Below the pieces are notes generated by a model. That model was not told the DNA's origin, made no database searches, and worked only from the letters and a program-made list of their open reading frames with translations. Below, in pieces: positions 8,618 through 18,210 of a stretch of DNA of 64,000 nucleotides (within the stretch, counting starts at the first letter, position 1; each line of letters opens with the position of its first letter). Location of the stretch: positions 3,532 to 67,531 of IMG/VR virus record IMGVR_UViG_3300010885_016694; one strand, 5' to 3'. Source of the stretch: a virus. The position numbers were made by a program, and so were the translations under genes.

Positions 8618-11600
8618 ATGGCAGGAAATGCACGTTTTCATGATAAACTTCACAGAAAAAATCACCATACATTACCAACTGTAGGATATCCCGACAGTGC
8701 TAATGATCCGATTGCTTCTGCTTCGGAGCCATTTCAGGGAGATTTTGTAGTTAATGGTAGATTAAGCGCAAGTTCTGGGATAAGCATTCTTTCTGCACAC
8801 ATTGAACAGGATCTAGATTGCGAAAATGCATATGTAAGAGACACCACATATACTAATTTTATATCTGGATATGGAACAGAAACGATTATAAGTGACGGAG
8901 CATTAACTGGATATGGGGATAAAACATTAACAATGGACTACAGAAAAGCTGTTTATGTTAAAACTCCAGTATTTAATATATTGGGTAATGTATCTGCTAC
9001 TTCTGCTTTATATGTTGACGAGAATGCAACGATTAAAAATAAATTGGTAGCAGATAATATTGGCGTTGCGATGAGTTCTCCTAATGAGAAATTAACTATT
9101 AATGGGAATGTATCTTTTTATGGGACATCTGCACATTATATTAAATCTCCTTACGGAAGTGATAACGGATTGATGGTATTTGGGGGTTCAAATACTGGGG
9201 CTAATTCATATCTGGTCCACTTATTTTATAGTTTAAGTACACGGACTGGTGGAAGAATTGATGCAGACGGATCACACGATATCATACTACCATATCAACA
9301 AAGAAACGTAGTATACGGATCAGAAAATGTAACAAGATACTTTTTAGTTAGCGGTACAACGGCAAGCCCATCAGCAGTAGCATCAGATTCTGTTGTTGGT
9401 GGAATTAGAGCATTCGCATATTCTGGAGGTAATAAATTTAATACTTATGGTGGTGGTGGAAATGCATCAATTGATTTAAAAACTTCTGGAGAACAATCAT
9501 TAACAAATGGTGGTGGATATATTATATTTAATACCATGCCTATGAATAGTGGTAACACAGTAGGAGCATCAGAAAGAATGCGTATTACTTCGGAAGGCAA
9601 AGTGGGAATTGGTACTACAACACCTACTGGTAGTGCTACTCCATTATCTGCTGAAGGTAGATCATTGCATGTATATAATAATACAAATGATAACACATCT
9701 ACGAATTCTGATACTGTAGTTGTTGCTGAAAGTGTTAATAGAAATGCTTATTTCTTAGCATCTGTTGGTGTAGATGGTGGATTATCAATAAAAAGGAGTT
9801 CTGATGCAAAACATTTAGGAAGAATAATAATGAATCAAACAAATGACACCATTTTTCAAGCTGGAGATGGTAGTTATGGATTGAACGAAACCATGCGTAT
9901 TCTTTCTGGTGGAAATGTTGGGATTGGTACAATCACCCCAAATCAAAAATTAACTGTAAATGGTGTTATAAGTTCTAATAATTACATATATTCTCAAGAT
10001 ATTTGGCTTAATAGAGGAAACACTGATCGTGAAGGTGGACAAATTAATTTCAATAGATCGTATGACAATGCCCTTGCGTGGGCTATAGATACATATACTG
10101 ATGTTATCGGTTCTTTGAGTAGTAGATTGAGGTTTATAGATACTAATTCTAACACAGAAAGAGTAACAATATTAAGTAGTGGAAATGTTGGTATAGGAAC
10201 TCATAATCCTACAGAGAGATTACATGTAATTGGAAATGTACTAATATCAGGAAATTTATCGGCATTGGGAGACACAACACAAATAGATACAGCTATAGTA
10301 ACAACCAGTGCAATGGTTATTGATATGCTGGGAAGTGCCAATGCATTAAGAATAACCCAAAGAGGAACAGGAAATGCCTTGTTGGTTGAAGATGAATCAT
10401 CCGATAGTACTGCTTTTGTAATTAATAGTGCTGGTGATGTCGGTATAGGTCACAACACACCAAGCAGTAAATTACATGTTGTTGGGTCTATTACAATACC
10501 ATATGATAATTATTTAAATTTTTCAGAAAATGGTAATGGTCACACTTCAATAAAAAGAAATGGTGCGGATAACGGAATGGAGTTTTTTACTAATTCTAAT
10601 TCCAGAATGTTTATTTCTGATGCGGGAAATGTTGGGATAGGAACTAAGACTCAATTACACTCTCCAAATGATAAATTAGAAGTTGCTGGTAATGTGGGTG
10701 CATATGGTTATAGAGCAAAACAGCAAAAACCGAGCGGAAATCCGTTAACTGATTCGTCTCCTAATGGTTATGCTTTTGGTGATGACGGAGATACTGGAAT
10801 GTTTTCACCACTTAACACAGGAGATACTGAAAATGAATCAGTAGGTAAAATTGGATGGTATTGTAATAATATTGAAACCGCAAGAACATTTATAAATTCT
10901 CAACCAATATTCACAATAGGTGGATTGTCGGCAGCTTCTGAAACATATGGAAGAACTACATTAGTAGTGGGAGACGGTAATAATGGAGGTTTAATGGAAT
11001 TGAGAGATGGTGCTGGCGGTCATAGCATCATATATCGTGATGCATTTACAAATTCTCTTTGGTTAGAAGGCAGAACCAATAATTCAAATATAGTATTATC
11101 AACCATTGGTACAGGATCAATAACAATGGCGGTAACTGGTTCTTCGACTGGATTGTTTTTAGGTTCTAATGGTAATATAGGAATGGGAACAAACGCCCCA
11201 GAATCCAAATTACATGTTAATGGTGGATTGACTTTAGATGCATGGAATCCAAGCGCACCAGCAAGTGTAGAATCTACTAATTTATCTTCTGTTTATATAA
11301 AATTTAATTCTGGTGGTGCGGCTACAGATTGGGCATATTTAAGACAGATTGGAAATTCCGACGAATTATCTCTTGCATTAGATTTGCACGATAACGAAAA
11401 TGTAACATCAGGTGGACAATCATTTTGTATAAGAAACATTAAGAGCACAGCTACTCCAGATATCATATATACTAATTTTATAGTAACTATGTCGGGCGGT
11501 GTTGGTGCTCCTTATTCTCTATCTGGAACAGGAAATCGTGCAGTTTATTCTGATGGAAATGGGATATTAACAAATACAGCATCTGATAGTACTTTAAAGA

Positions 11601-11890
11601 AAGATGTATCAATAATTTCTCAAGGATTAAACGAAGTTTTACAACTAAATCCTGTATCATTTAATTGGAAAAATACTCAAAAATATGGAGAACAAAGAGA
11701 AATAGGCTTTCTTGCACAAGAGGTACAACCGATTGTTCCAGAAGTAATAGGATCTAATAGTGATGGAACATTATCGTTGGATTATTCGAAAATGATTGCA
11801 GTTTTAACTAAAGCTATTCAAGAACTTAACACCAAAGTTGATGCTCAGGCATTAGAAATTGCAAAATTAAAAAATAATCAATCCAAATAA
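8618..11890 (+). CDS. Long tail fibre with GNVGIGT repeats and C-terminal intramolecular chaperone (peptidase S74-like)
   Basis: Repeated ERMRI..GNVGIGT..P..KL.V.G; SDSTLKKD...LNPVSFNW...GFLAQEV...DYSK..AVLTKAIQEL coiled coil. Confidence 0.88.
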   Translation: MAGNARFHDKLHRKNHHTLPTVGYPDSANDPIASASEPFQGDFVVNGRLSASSGISILSAHIEQDLDCENAYVRDTTYTNFISGYGTETIISDGALTGYGDKTLTMDYRKAVYVKTPVFNILGNVSATSALYVDENATIKNKLVADNIGVAMSSPNEKLTINGNVSFYGTSAHYIKSPYGSDNGLMVFGGSNTGANSYLVHLFYSLSTRTGGRIDADGSHDIILPYQQRNVVYGSENVTRYFLVSGTTASPSAVASDSVVGGIRAFAYSGGNKFNTYGGGGNASIDLKTSGEQSLTNGGGYIIFNTMPMNSGNTVGASERMRITSEGKVGIGTTTPTGSATPLSAEGRSLHVYNNTNDNTSTNSDTVVVAESVNRNAYFLASVGVDGGLSIKRSSDAKHLGRIIMNQTNDTIFQAGDGSYGLNETMRILSGGNVGIGTITPNQKLTVNGVISSNNYIYSQDIWLNRGNTDREGGQINFNRSYDNALAWAIDTYTDVIGSLSSRLRFIDTNSNTERVTILSSGNVGIGTHNPTERLHVIGNVLISGNLSALGDTTQIDTAIVTTSAMVIDMLGSANALRITQRGTGNALLVEDESSDSTAFVINSAGDVGIGHNTPSSKLHVVGSITIPYDNYLNFSENGNGHTSIKRNGADNGMEFFTNSNSRMFISDAGNVGIGTKTQLHSPNDKLEVAGNVGAYGYRAKQQKPSGNPLTDSSPNGYAFGDDGDTGMFSPLNTGDTENESVGKIGWYCNNIETARTFINSQPIFTIGGLSAASETYGRTTLVVGDGNNGGLMELRDGAGGHSIIYRDAFTNSLWLEGRTNNSNIVLSTIGTGSITMAVTGSSTGLFLGSNGNIGMGTNAPESKLHVNGGLTLDAWNPSAPASVESTNLSSVYIKFNSGGAATDWAYLRQIGNSDELSLALDLHDNENVTSGGQSFCIRNIKSTATPDIIYTNFIVTMSGGVGAPYSLSGTGNRAVYSDGNGILTNTASDSTLKKDVSIISQGLNEVLQLNPVSFNWKNTQKYGEQREIGFLAQEVQPIVPEVIGSNSDGTLSLDYSKMIAVLTKAIQELNTKVDAQALEIAKLKNNQSK

Positions 11891-11895
11891 CAAAC

Positions 11896-13062
11896 ATGTT
11901 CATTAAAAATGGGAGTTTTAAAAATATAACGCACATAATTTCTTATGTGCCTCCCTTTATTACTGTACAATTACTTTCTGGTACTGCTTTTTCTGGACAA
12001 GATTATACTTTTAAAATTAAAGTTAGAGGAAGTAAACCTATAACATATCAATGGTATAAAAATAATTTTCCATTAATAAATAAAACTAATAGTGAATTAT
12101 TGATAGAGGATGTCACCTCATCTGATCAAGCATATTATTATTGTAAAATATCAAATAATGGACATTATGTAGAAAGTAATGTAGTACCATTAAGCGTAAT
12201 CGAATCTCCATATATTGTAACACAACCAGTATCTGTATTATCGGCTATAGGAAGTAATATTTTGTTGAGCGTTTCGGCAACAGGTACAGAACCATTAACA
12301 TATGAATGGTATAAAAATAATTTAATATATCAAGATAGTACTTCTAAAAATTTATATATTAATAACATAAATTATATAAATGAAGGTAGTTATTATGTGA
12401 TAGTAACAAATGAATTTGGTAGTGCAACTAGTTTATCAGCTTCGGTTAGAATTATAGAACCTTTAATAATAAGAACTCAGCCAACAAATTTAAATGTTAA
12501 TAAAAATAATAATGCACAATTTTCTTTATCCTGTACTGGATATTTCCCTGTAAGTTCTCAATGGAGAAAGGATGGATCTTTATATGGAGATTTATCATCA
12601 AATAATAATGGTATTATTACTTTAAATATAAACACAACAAAATTGTCAGATATAGGATACTATGATTGTGTTTTAAGTAGTAAATACGATTCGGTAACTA
12701 GTGAAAAAGTTTATTTACAAGTTAATGAAAAACCAGTATTTACATTAAATCCATTATCAGCAGAAATACCAATGACTCAAACGGTAACATTTATGGTGGA
12801 CGCATCGGGTACAGACCCAATAACATACCAATGGATAAAAATTGGTACTGGTAATGTTTTAAACGAGAAAACAAAATTATATACAATACAAAATGTGGTT
12901 TTATCGGATCAAGCTGAATATGCATGTGTCGCCACTAATTTAGTGGGAAGTACTACCAGTTTATATGCAGCACTTTCGATAACACAACAGGAATTGATAT
13001 TGTCCGATTCAAATCCGTATGAGTTTATATTATTAGATCAAAATGTTTATTGGTCTTTTTAA
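11896..13062 (+). CDS. Tandem immunoglobulin (I-set-like) virion protein
   Basis: Four repeats of GxxPxxYQWxK...DxGxYxC/V. Confidence 0.85.
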   Translation: MFIKNGSFKNITHIISYVPPFITVQLLSGTAFSGQDYTFKIKVRGSKPITYQWYKNNFPLINKTNSELLIEDVTSSDQAYYYCKISNNGHYVESNVVPLSVIESPYIVTQPVSVLSAIGSNILLSVSATGTEPLTYEWYKNNLIYQDSTSKNLYINNINYINEGSYYVIVTNEFGSATSLSASVRIIEPLIIRTQPTNLNVNKNNNAQFSLSCTGYFPVSSQWRKDGSLYGDLSSNNNGIITLNINTTKLSDIGYYDCVLSSKYDSVTSEKVYLQVNEKPVFTLNPLSAEIPMTQTVTFMVDASGTDPITYQWIKIGTGNVLNEKTKLYTIQNVVLSDQAEYACVATNLVGSTTSLYAALSITQQELILSDSNPYEFILLDQNVYWSF

Positions 13063-13074
13063 ATAAATAAATAT

Positions 13075-15273
13075 ATGTCTTACAAAAGAATATTAGAGTT
13101 TACAAATTATAAAGATTTATCTGGATACGATAATATTCTTATTGATCATGATAATACAACATACAGAACAGAATTAAGTTCTTTTGTATCGTATGTTTCA
13201 AATCAAGCTAAAGATACACCAAGTATATTGATAATATCTACTAATAATATAGCAGATAATTCAATAACTTTAAATAAATTAAATACTAATAGTGTAACCA
13301 CTGAAAAAATATTAAATTCTAATGTTACTACAGAAAAAATAGCAGATAATTCAATTACTTCTTTTAAATTATCTACAAATAGTGTTACTACAGAAAAAAT
13401 TAATGACGGAGCAGTTACAGCATTAAAATTGGCAGATAATGTTTTTAATGCATCAAAATTACAAGATTTATCAATTACAAATGCTAAATTAGCAGACGAT
13501 TCTGTTACTGCAATTAAAATATCAAACAATTCTGTAACTTCAGCAAAAATAAATGACTCTGCTGTTACTGCTAGTAAAATAGCAGACGGAAATGTTACAA
13601 CAATTAAAATAGTTAATTCTGCTGTTACTACAGATAAGTTAGCTGATGGTAGTGTTACTACTATAAAACTTGCAAACTCTGCTGTTAATACAGATAAGTT
13701 AGCTGATGGTAGTGTTACCACGATTAAAATAGCTAATTCGGCAATAACAACTGATAAATTAACTGACGGATCAGTAACAACAATTAAAATAGCTAATTCA
13801 GCAGTAACTACTGATAAGTTAGAGGATTCTTCTGTTACTACAATAAAAATAAATAACTCTTCTGTTACTACAGATAAGTTAACTGATTCTGCTGTCATTA
13901 CTTCAAAGCTAAATAACTCTTCTGTTATTACTGATAAATTAGCAGACTCTTCGGTTACTACTGCTAAAATAGGAAATAATTCAATTACTACAGAAAAATT
14001 ATCTACTGGTATTGTGACATCATTAATATTGGCAGATGGGTCGGTAACCACAGCAAAACTAGCTAATAATGCAGTTACTACTGATAAATTATCTTCTTTA
14101 TCTGTAACTAGTGATAAATTAGCTGATTTGTCGGTAACTACAGGAAAAATATCAAATTTATCTATAACAACAGAAAAAATATATGATAATTCTGTTACAA
14201 ACGCAAAATTGGCAGATAATTCGGTTTCCTCTGTAAAATTATCGTCTGATTCTGTAACCACAGACAAAATACTCAATAGATCCGTAACAAATGCTAAATT
14301 AGCAGATACATCTGTAGATAATAGAGTTTTAGCATTGACTTGTGTAGCAACTAATAATATACAAGATTTATCAATATCTACAAATAAAATACAAAATGGA
14401 TCTATTACTACTGAAAAATTGGCAGGAAGTTTATCAGTTCCAATAGCATTAGCTGAAAAATCTGTTACCAATCCCATATTAGCCGATAGTGCTGTTGATA
14501 CAGTAAAATTATCAGCAAGTTCGGTTACTACGGAAAAAATTAATGATAGTGCTGTTACCACAACTAAAATAGCAACAGATGCGATTACTGAAATTAAAAT
14601 TAAAGATAATGCCGTTATATCATCAAAATTAGCAGATAATGCTGTGGTTACATCAAGAATTAATGACGGTGCCGTAACAACAATAAAGCTTAATGATTTG
14701 GCAGTAACAAATGCTAAAATAGGAAATACATCAATTAATACTGATAAATTATCATCTTCAGCAGTAACTTCAGATAAACTTTCAGCTAGTTCTGTTATTA
14801 CAGAAAAAATTAATGATTTAGCAGTAACAAATGCTAAAATAGCAAATGATGCTATTAATACTAGAACTCTTAGTGCAAATTGTGTCACCCCCGCTAAACT
14901 AGCAACAACTATAGTACAAACTAATGGTGGATTGAAATTGGATTCTACAAATGGTTTAGCAATTTCTACAAAAGTAACCGAATATACCGTAAGTACAATA
15001 TTAGGTTTGGCTGATGCTAATAGTATAATTGAAGTAAATGCGGCAGCGGGAGTTACAATTACTATACCACAAGATACAGTTGCAAATCTTGATGTGGGAA
15101 CTAATATAGTAATATACCAAAAGGGTGCTGGACAAGTTACTATTTCTTATGCTGTCGGTATGACTGTTGTGAGTAATGGTTCAAAATTTAAAACATCTGC
15201 ACAATATGCTGCAATAGCATTATTTAAACTTGGAGCAAATAGATGGTTAGTTGGTGGGGATTTAACCGCATAA
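13075..15273 (+). CDS. Fibre protein with long decapeptide repeat shaft and C-terminal adapter domain
   Basis: More than 50 copies of SVTTxKLAD(G/N/S); ends RWLVGGDLTA. Confidence 0.85.
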   Translation: MSYKRILEFTNYKDLSGYDNILIDHDNTTYRTELSSFVSYVSNQAKDTPSILIISTNNIADNSITLNKLNTNSVTTEKILNSNVTTEKIADNSITSFKLSTNSVTTEKINDGAVTALKLADNVFNASKLQDLSITNAKLADDSVTAIKISNNSVTSAKINDSAVTASKIADGNVTTIKIVNSAVTTDKLADGSVTTIKLANSAVNTDKLADGSVTTIKIANSAITTDKLTDGSVTTIKIANSAVTTDKLEDSSVTTIKINNSSVTTDKLTDSAVITSKLNNSSVITDKLADSSVTTAKIGNNSITTEKLSTGIVTSLILADGSVTTAKLANNAVTTDKLSSLSVTSDKLADLSVTTGKISNLSITTEKIYDNSVTNAKLADNSVSSVKLSSDSVTTDKILNRSVTNAKLADTSVDNRVLALTCVATNNIQDLSISTNKIQNGSITTEKLAGSLSVPIALAEKSVTNPILADSAVDTVKLSASSVTTEKINDSAVTTTKIATDAITEIKIKDNAVISSKLADNAVVTSRINDGAVTTIKLNDLAVTNAKIGNTSINTDKLSSSAVTSDKLSASSVITEKINDLAVTNAKIANDAINTRTLSANCVTPAKLATTIVQTNGGLKLDSTNGLAISTKVTEYTVSTILGLADANSIIEVNAAAGVTITIPQDTVANLDVGTNIVIYQKGAGQVTISYAVGMTVVSNGSKFKTSAQYAAIALFKLGANRWLVGGDLTA
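13249..14900 (+). repeat. 30-bp / 10-aa degenerate coding tandem repeat
   Basis: Units like gctgttactacagataagttagctgatggt recur at a 30-nt period. Confidence 0.9.
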
Positions 15274-15276
15274 TAT

Positions 15277-16362
15277 ATGATAGGAGCAAGCGTTTTATTA
15301 AAATCTGGAATAGTAACTCCACCGCCATTTTCTATTACAGGAGCAGTAACAAATTATGCTGGTGCTGGAGGATTAGGAACAGTTGTAAATGGAACTACAT
15401 TGTTAAATTCTAATTTTAACGGACCAATTGGAATGTGGTTTGATGCATCAGACAATTTATATATATGTGATTATAACGGCAATGCACTTAGAAAAATATC
15501 AAACGCTACCCAAACAATTACTACTTTTGCTGGAGGAAATACAGTAGGGGCATATGTTAATGGTATTGGTACTGCCGCAAAATTCGACCACCCCGTTGGA
15601 ATTGTTGGTATATCAAATGTTTTATATATAGTAGATTCATTTACTTCCGTAATAAGAACAAGTACTACTGATAAACCCTTATCTGGTACTATTAATGTTA
15701 AAGCTGGAGATAGTGTCAATTATACTTCTGGATATGTAGAAGGAACTGGATCAACAGCAAAATTCAATTTTCCAACTTTAATGACCCAATATAATAGTGC
15801 ATTATATGTTGCAGATGCCAAAAATAATGCAATAAGAAAAGTTACCACTGCTGGGGTTGTATCAACCCACGCTGGTACTAGTATAGCTGGATATAAAAAT
15901 GATACTACAGCCACTAATGCAACATTTAGTGAACCAAATGGTATAGCAGTAGATACAAATGGTAATTTCTATGTTTCCGATACAAACAATCATACAATAA
16001 GAAAAATAGCATCTAATGGTACAGTCACAACATTTGCTGGTGCTGTTGCTAGTAATGGCAGTGGGACAAGTGGATCTACGGACGGCACGGGAACAGCAGC
16101 AAGATTTAAAACTCCGTGGGGTATCGTATATAATCCTGTTGATGGAAATTTATATGTTTGTGATACTGGAAACCACACAATAAGACAAATTACCCTAGCA
16201 GGTGTAGTTACTACTATTGCTGGTTCTGCTGGTACAACAGGAACTACAAATGGAACTGGAACAGCAGCAAGATTTAATGGTCCAAAAGGAATAGCAGTGC
16301 ATTCCAATGGTTCATTGTATGTAGCAGATACTGGGAACAATAAAATTAGAAAAATAACTTAA
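15277..16362 (+). CDS. NHL-repeat beta-propeller tip protein
   Basis: Six repeats of GxGTAARFxxPxGI...LYVADTxNxxIRKI. Confidence 0.9.
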   Translation: MIGASVLLKSGIVTPPPFSITGAVTNYAGAGGLGTVVNGTTLLNSNFNGPIGMWFDASDNLYICDYNGNALRKISNATQTITTFAGGNTVGAYVNGIGTAAKFDHPVGIVGISNVLYIVDSFTSVIRTSTTDKPLSGTINVKAGDSVNYTSGYVEGTGSTAKFNFPTLMTQYNSALYVADAKNNAIRKVTTAGVVSTHAGTSIAGYKNDTTATNATFSEPNGIAVDTNGNFYVSDTNNHTIRKIASNGTVTTFAGAVASNGSGTSGSTDGTGTAARFKTPWGIVYNPVDGNLYVCDTGNHTIRQITLAGVVTTIAGSAGTTGTTNGTGTAARFNGPKGIAVHSNGSLYVADTGNNKIRKIT

Positions 16363-17117
16363 TTTAAATCATAAGTACCGTATATAGAAGTATCATTTAC
16401 TCCCATATCGATTACAAAGGTTTTTCCTTCAATATCAGCAGAACCTTCATAAGATTTACCAGCAGAAGAAACTTCTCCAACAATATTGCTGGAAAGCTTA
16501 CCATAAAATGTATCATCGTTGAGTTGATCATTGGCGGTTTCTTGTGGAAGACCCGGTTCCCAGCTATACTCTAGACGTTTAGCAGTAATTTTCCAACCAT
16601 AGTGACCTCCTAACGGATTTATACTATCACCAATATCTTGATCTCTTCTTTCCGTAATTTGGAAAAAATTTCCAGATCGTCCACTAACACGATCATTTCC
16701 ATACTCTGTCATGCGAAACACATCACCAGATTTTGGTTCTACGACATGATGTAATTCTGTGTATATTGTTTCTCCTGACATTGCTTTATAAAAATTATTA
16801 AATGCCATATAACCAACAACTTCATCATCAGCCTGAAAACCAAATTTACTTAATGATAAACTACTTTCATTAAGGTTTATAATCATTTTCATTAATATTG
16901 GTCCGTGATATACGCTAGTTGGTTCCTCTCCATACATCATATCCGCTCCAGAAGTAGTTGTGGTGTTTACCCAATAGTCAATTTTTTGACCCATTGCCTG
17001 AACCATTTCTTCTGCGACATTTGCTATTACTTTTCTGTCTGGTTGTAATCGAGTTTTGTCATATAGTTCATAACATAAACTACCATTTCCAGCTCCACTA
17101 TAATAACAATCTTGCAT
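16359..17117 (-). CDS. Neck/head-closure protein (T4 gp14-like)
   Basis: EMVQAMGQKIDYW...YGEEPTSVY...LSKFG...D...PKSGD pattern. Confidence 0.75.
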   Translation of the reverse strand: MQDCYYSGAGNGSLCYELYDKTRLQPDRKVIANVAEEMVQAMGQKIDYWVNTTTTSGADMMYGEEPTSVYHGPILMKMIINLNESSLSLSKFGFQADDEVVGYMAFNNFYKAMSGETIYTELHHVVEPKSGDVFRMTEYGNDRVSGRSGNFFQITERRDQDIGDSINPLGGHYGWKITAKRLEYSWEPGLPQETANDQLNDDTFYGKLSSNIVGEVSSAGKSYEGSADIEGKTFVIDMGVNDTSIYGTYDLN

Positions 17118-17428
17118 TATTTTACTTCCTTTCTTATTCCAAATGGAGTTTTAATAATTACAAATTTACTTTTTCCTAATCTTTTTGCTCGCCCCATTGG
17201 GATATTATCAATTTTTATGTTGTATTTATCGGTAATTTCTTCGTTATCTTCTGGAGTCATTGCTCCTAATTTATGTTCTTTATCTTTATTAACATAATTA
17301 ATATCATTTCGATCTTTGTGTCTTTTTGCAATTAATCCAGTTTTATTAGGATTTACCAGAACCGAATCTCTTCTGTGATAAGGCATTGATAATTCTTGAA
17401 CTAAATAAAATTCTTTAAAAGATATCAT
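17117..17428 (-). CDS. Small basic late protein, candidate internal head protein
   Basis: N-terminus MISFKEFYLVQE; TAAATA-N5-ATG. Confidence 0.7.
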   Translation of the reverse strand: MISFKEFYLVQELSMPYHRRDSVLVNPNKTGLIAKRHKDRNDINYVNKDKEHKLGAMTPEDNEEITDKYNIKIDNIPMGRAKRLGKSKFVIIKTPFGIRKEVK

Positions 17429-17442
17429 AATAGTATTTAGTC

Positions 17443-17475
17443 AAAAAGAAAGGGGACTCCGAAGAGTCCCCTTTT
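17443..17475 (-). terminator. Rho-independent terminator with C(UUCG)G tetraloop
   Basis: Minus strand AAAGGGGACTC-TTCG-GAGTCCCCTTT followed by CTTTTT, just after the 17501 stop. Confidence 0.93.
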
Positions 17476-17500
17476 AAATTTCTAATTATTTTTTAAATGA

Positions 17501-18136
17501 TTAGGGATGAAATACTGACTTACCGGGTCCGCTTACATTTGCGGCTCTTCCGTTAGCCTTCATGGACTTGCCGTCATTATACTTGGTGCTGGCGGGCATA
17601 TACTTTTCAGTACCAGAAGTCTGTGAAGTCTTTTCGGCCTTTCCTTGACCAGAGGTCTTAGCAGCCAATGCTCCATTAACAACTTGATTACGATTTCTTA
17701 AAGATTCGCCTTTGTTATTGTATGGTTCATACTTGCCTTGAGGAGATTCTTTTAATTCTCCGTCTTCGTCATCAGAATCTTCTTCCGAATCTTCTTCCTT
17801 TTCTTCTTTATCCCAACTTTCAGCAGATTCGTCTCCCATTCCTCCACCAAATTCTTCACCACCCATTCCTTCTTCTTCACCACCCATTCCTTCTTCTTCA
17901 CCACCCATTCCTTCTTCTTCACCACCACCTAGAACACCACCAAGCATATCATATAATGCTTGTGCGGTAGAACGGTCTAGAGTCAATGTGACTTCATCGC
18001 CACCTTCTTCTTGACCAAATTCACCACCACCTTCGCCACCTTCACCACCTTCGGGGGTGGATTCAATGCCGAGTGCTTGTTCATCACTTTCCATTACTTC
18101 TTCGAATAACTTTTCAAATAGAGATTTATTGCTCAT
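17501..18136 (-). CDS. Acidic Gly/Glu-rich prohead core/internal protein
   Basis: N-terminus LFEKLFEEVME, highly acidic middle, basic C-terminus; own late promoter and terminator; higher GC. Confidence 0.65.
   Translation of the reverse strand: MSNKSLFEKLFEEVMESDEQALGIESTPEGGEGGEGGGEFGQEEGGDEVTLTLDRSTAQALYDMLGGVLGGGEEEGMGGEEEGMGGEEEGMGGEEFGGGMGDESAESWDKEEKEEDSEEDSDDEDGELKESPQGKYEPYNNKGESLRNRNQVVNGALAAKTSGQGKAEKTSQTSGTEKYMPASTKYNDGKSMKANGRAANVSGPGKSVFHP
17860..17922 (-). repeat. Three exact 21-bp tandem repeats (GEEEGMG)
   Basis: cacccattccttcttcttcac x3. Confidence 0.95.
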
Positions 18137-18210
18137 ATTTTTATTTACTCTCCACGATGTTATTTTTTGAAAATTTTTTAAAATTTTTTTTATTTTTATT
18201 AAGTATAAGT

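Noticed and set aside
13203-14888. 561-aa antisense ORF
   Set aside because: Shadow of the decapeptide-repeat gene; the repeat codons give a stop-poor reverse frame, and it has no promoter motif or independent protein features
13249-14900. Possible CRISPR-like array (30-bp periodicity)
   Set aside because: Degenerate in-frame coding repeats without unique spacers; the same applies to the 66-bp repeats at 27019-27560
18073-18210. N-terminal extension of the terminase in the ORF track
   Set aside because: Overlaps the divergent gene and a T-rich intergenic tract; ATG 18211 fits the promoter spacing. The extensions at 19890, 35820, 36232 and 61817 are rejected for similar reasons
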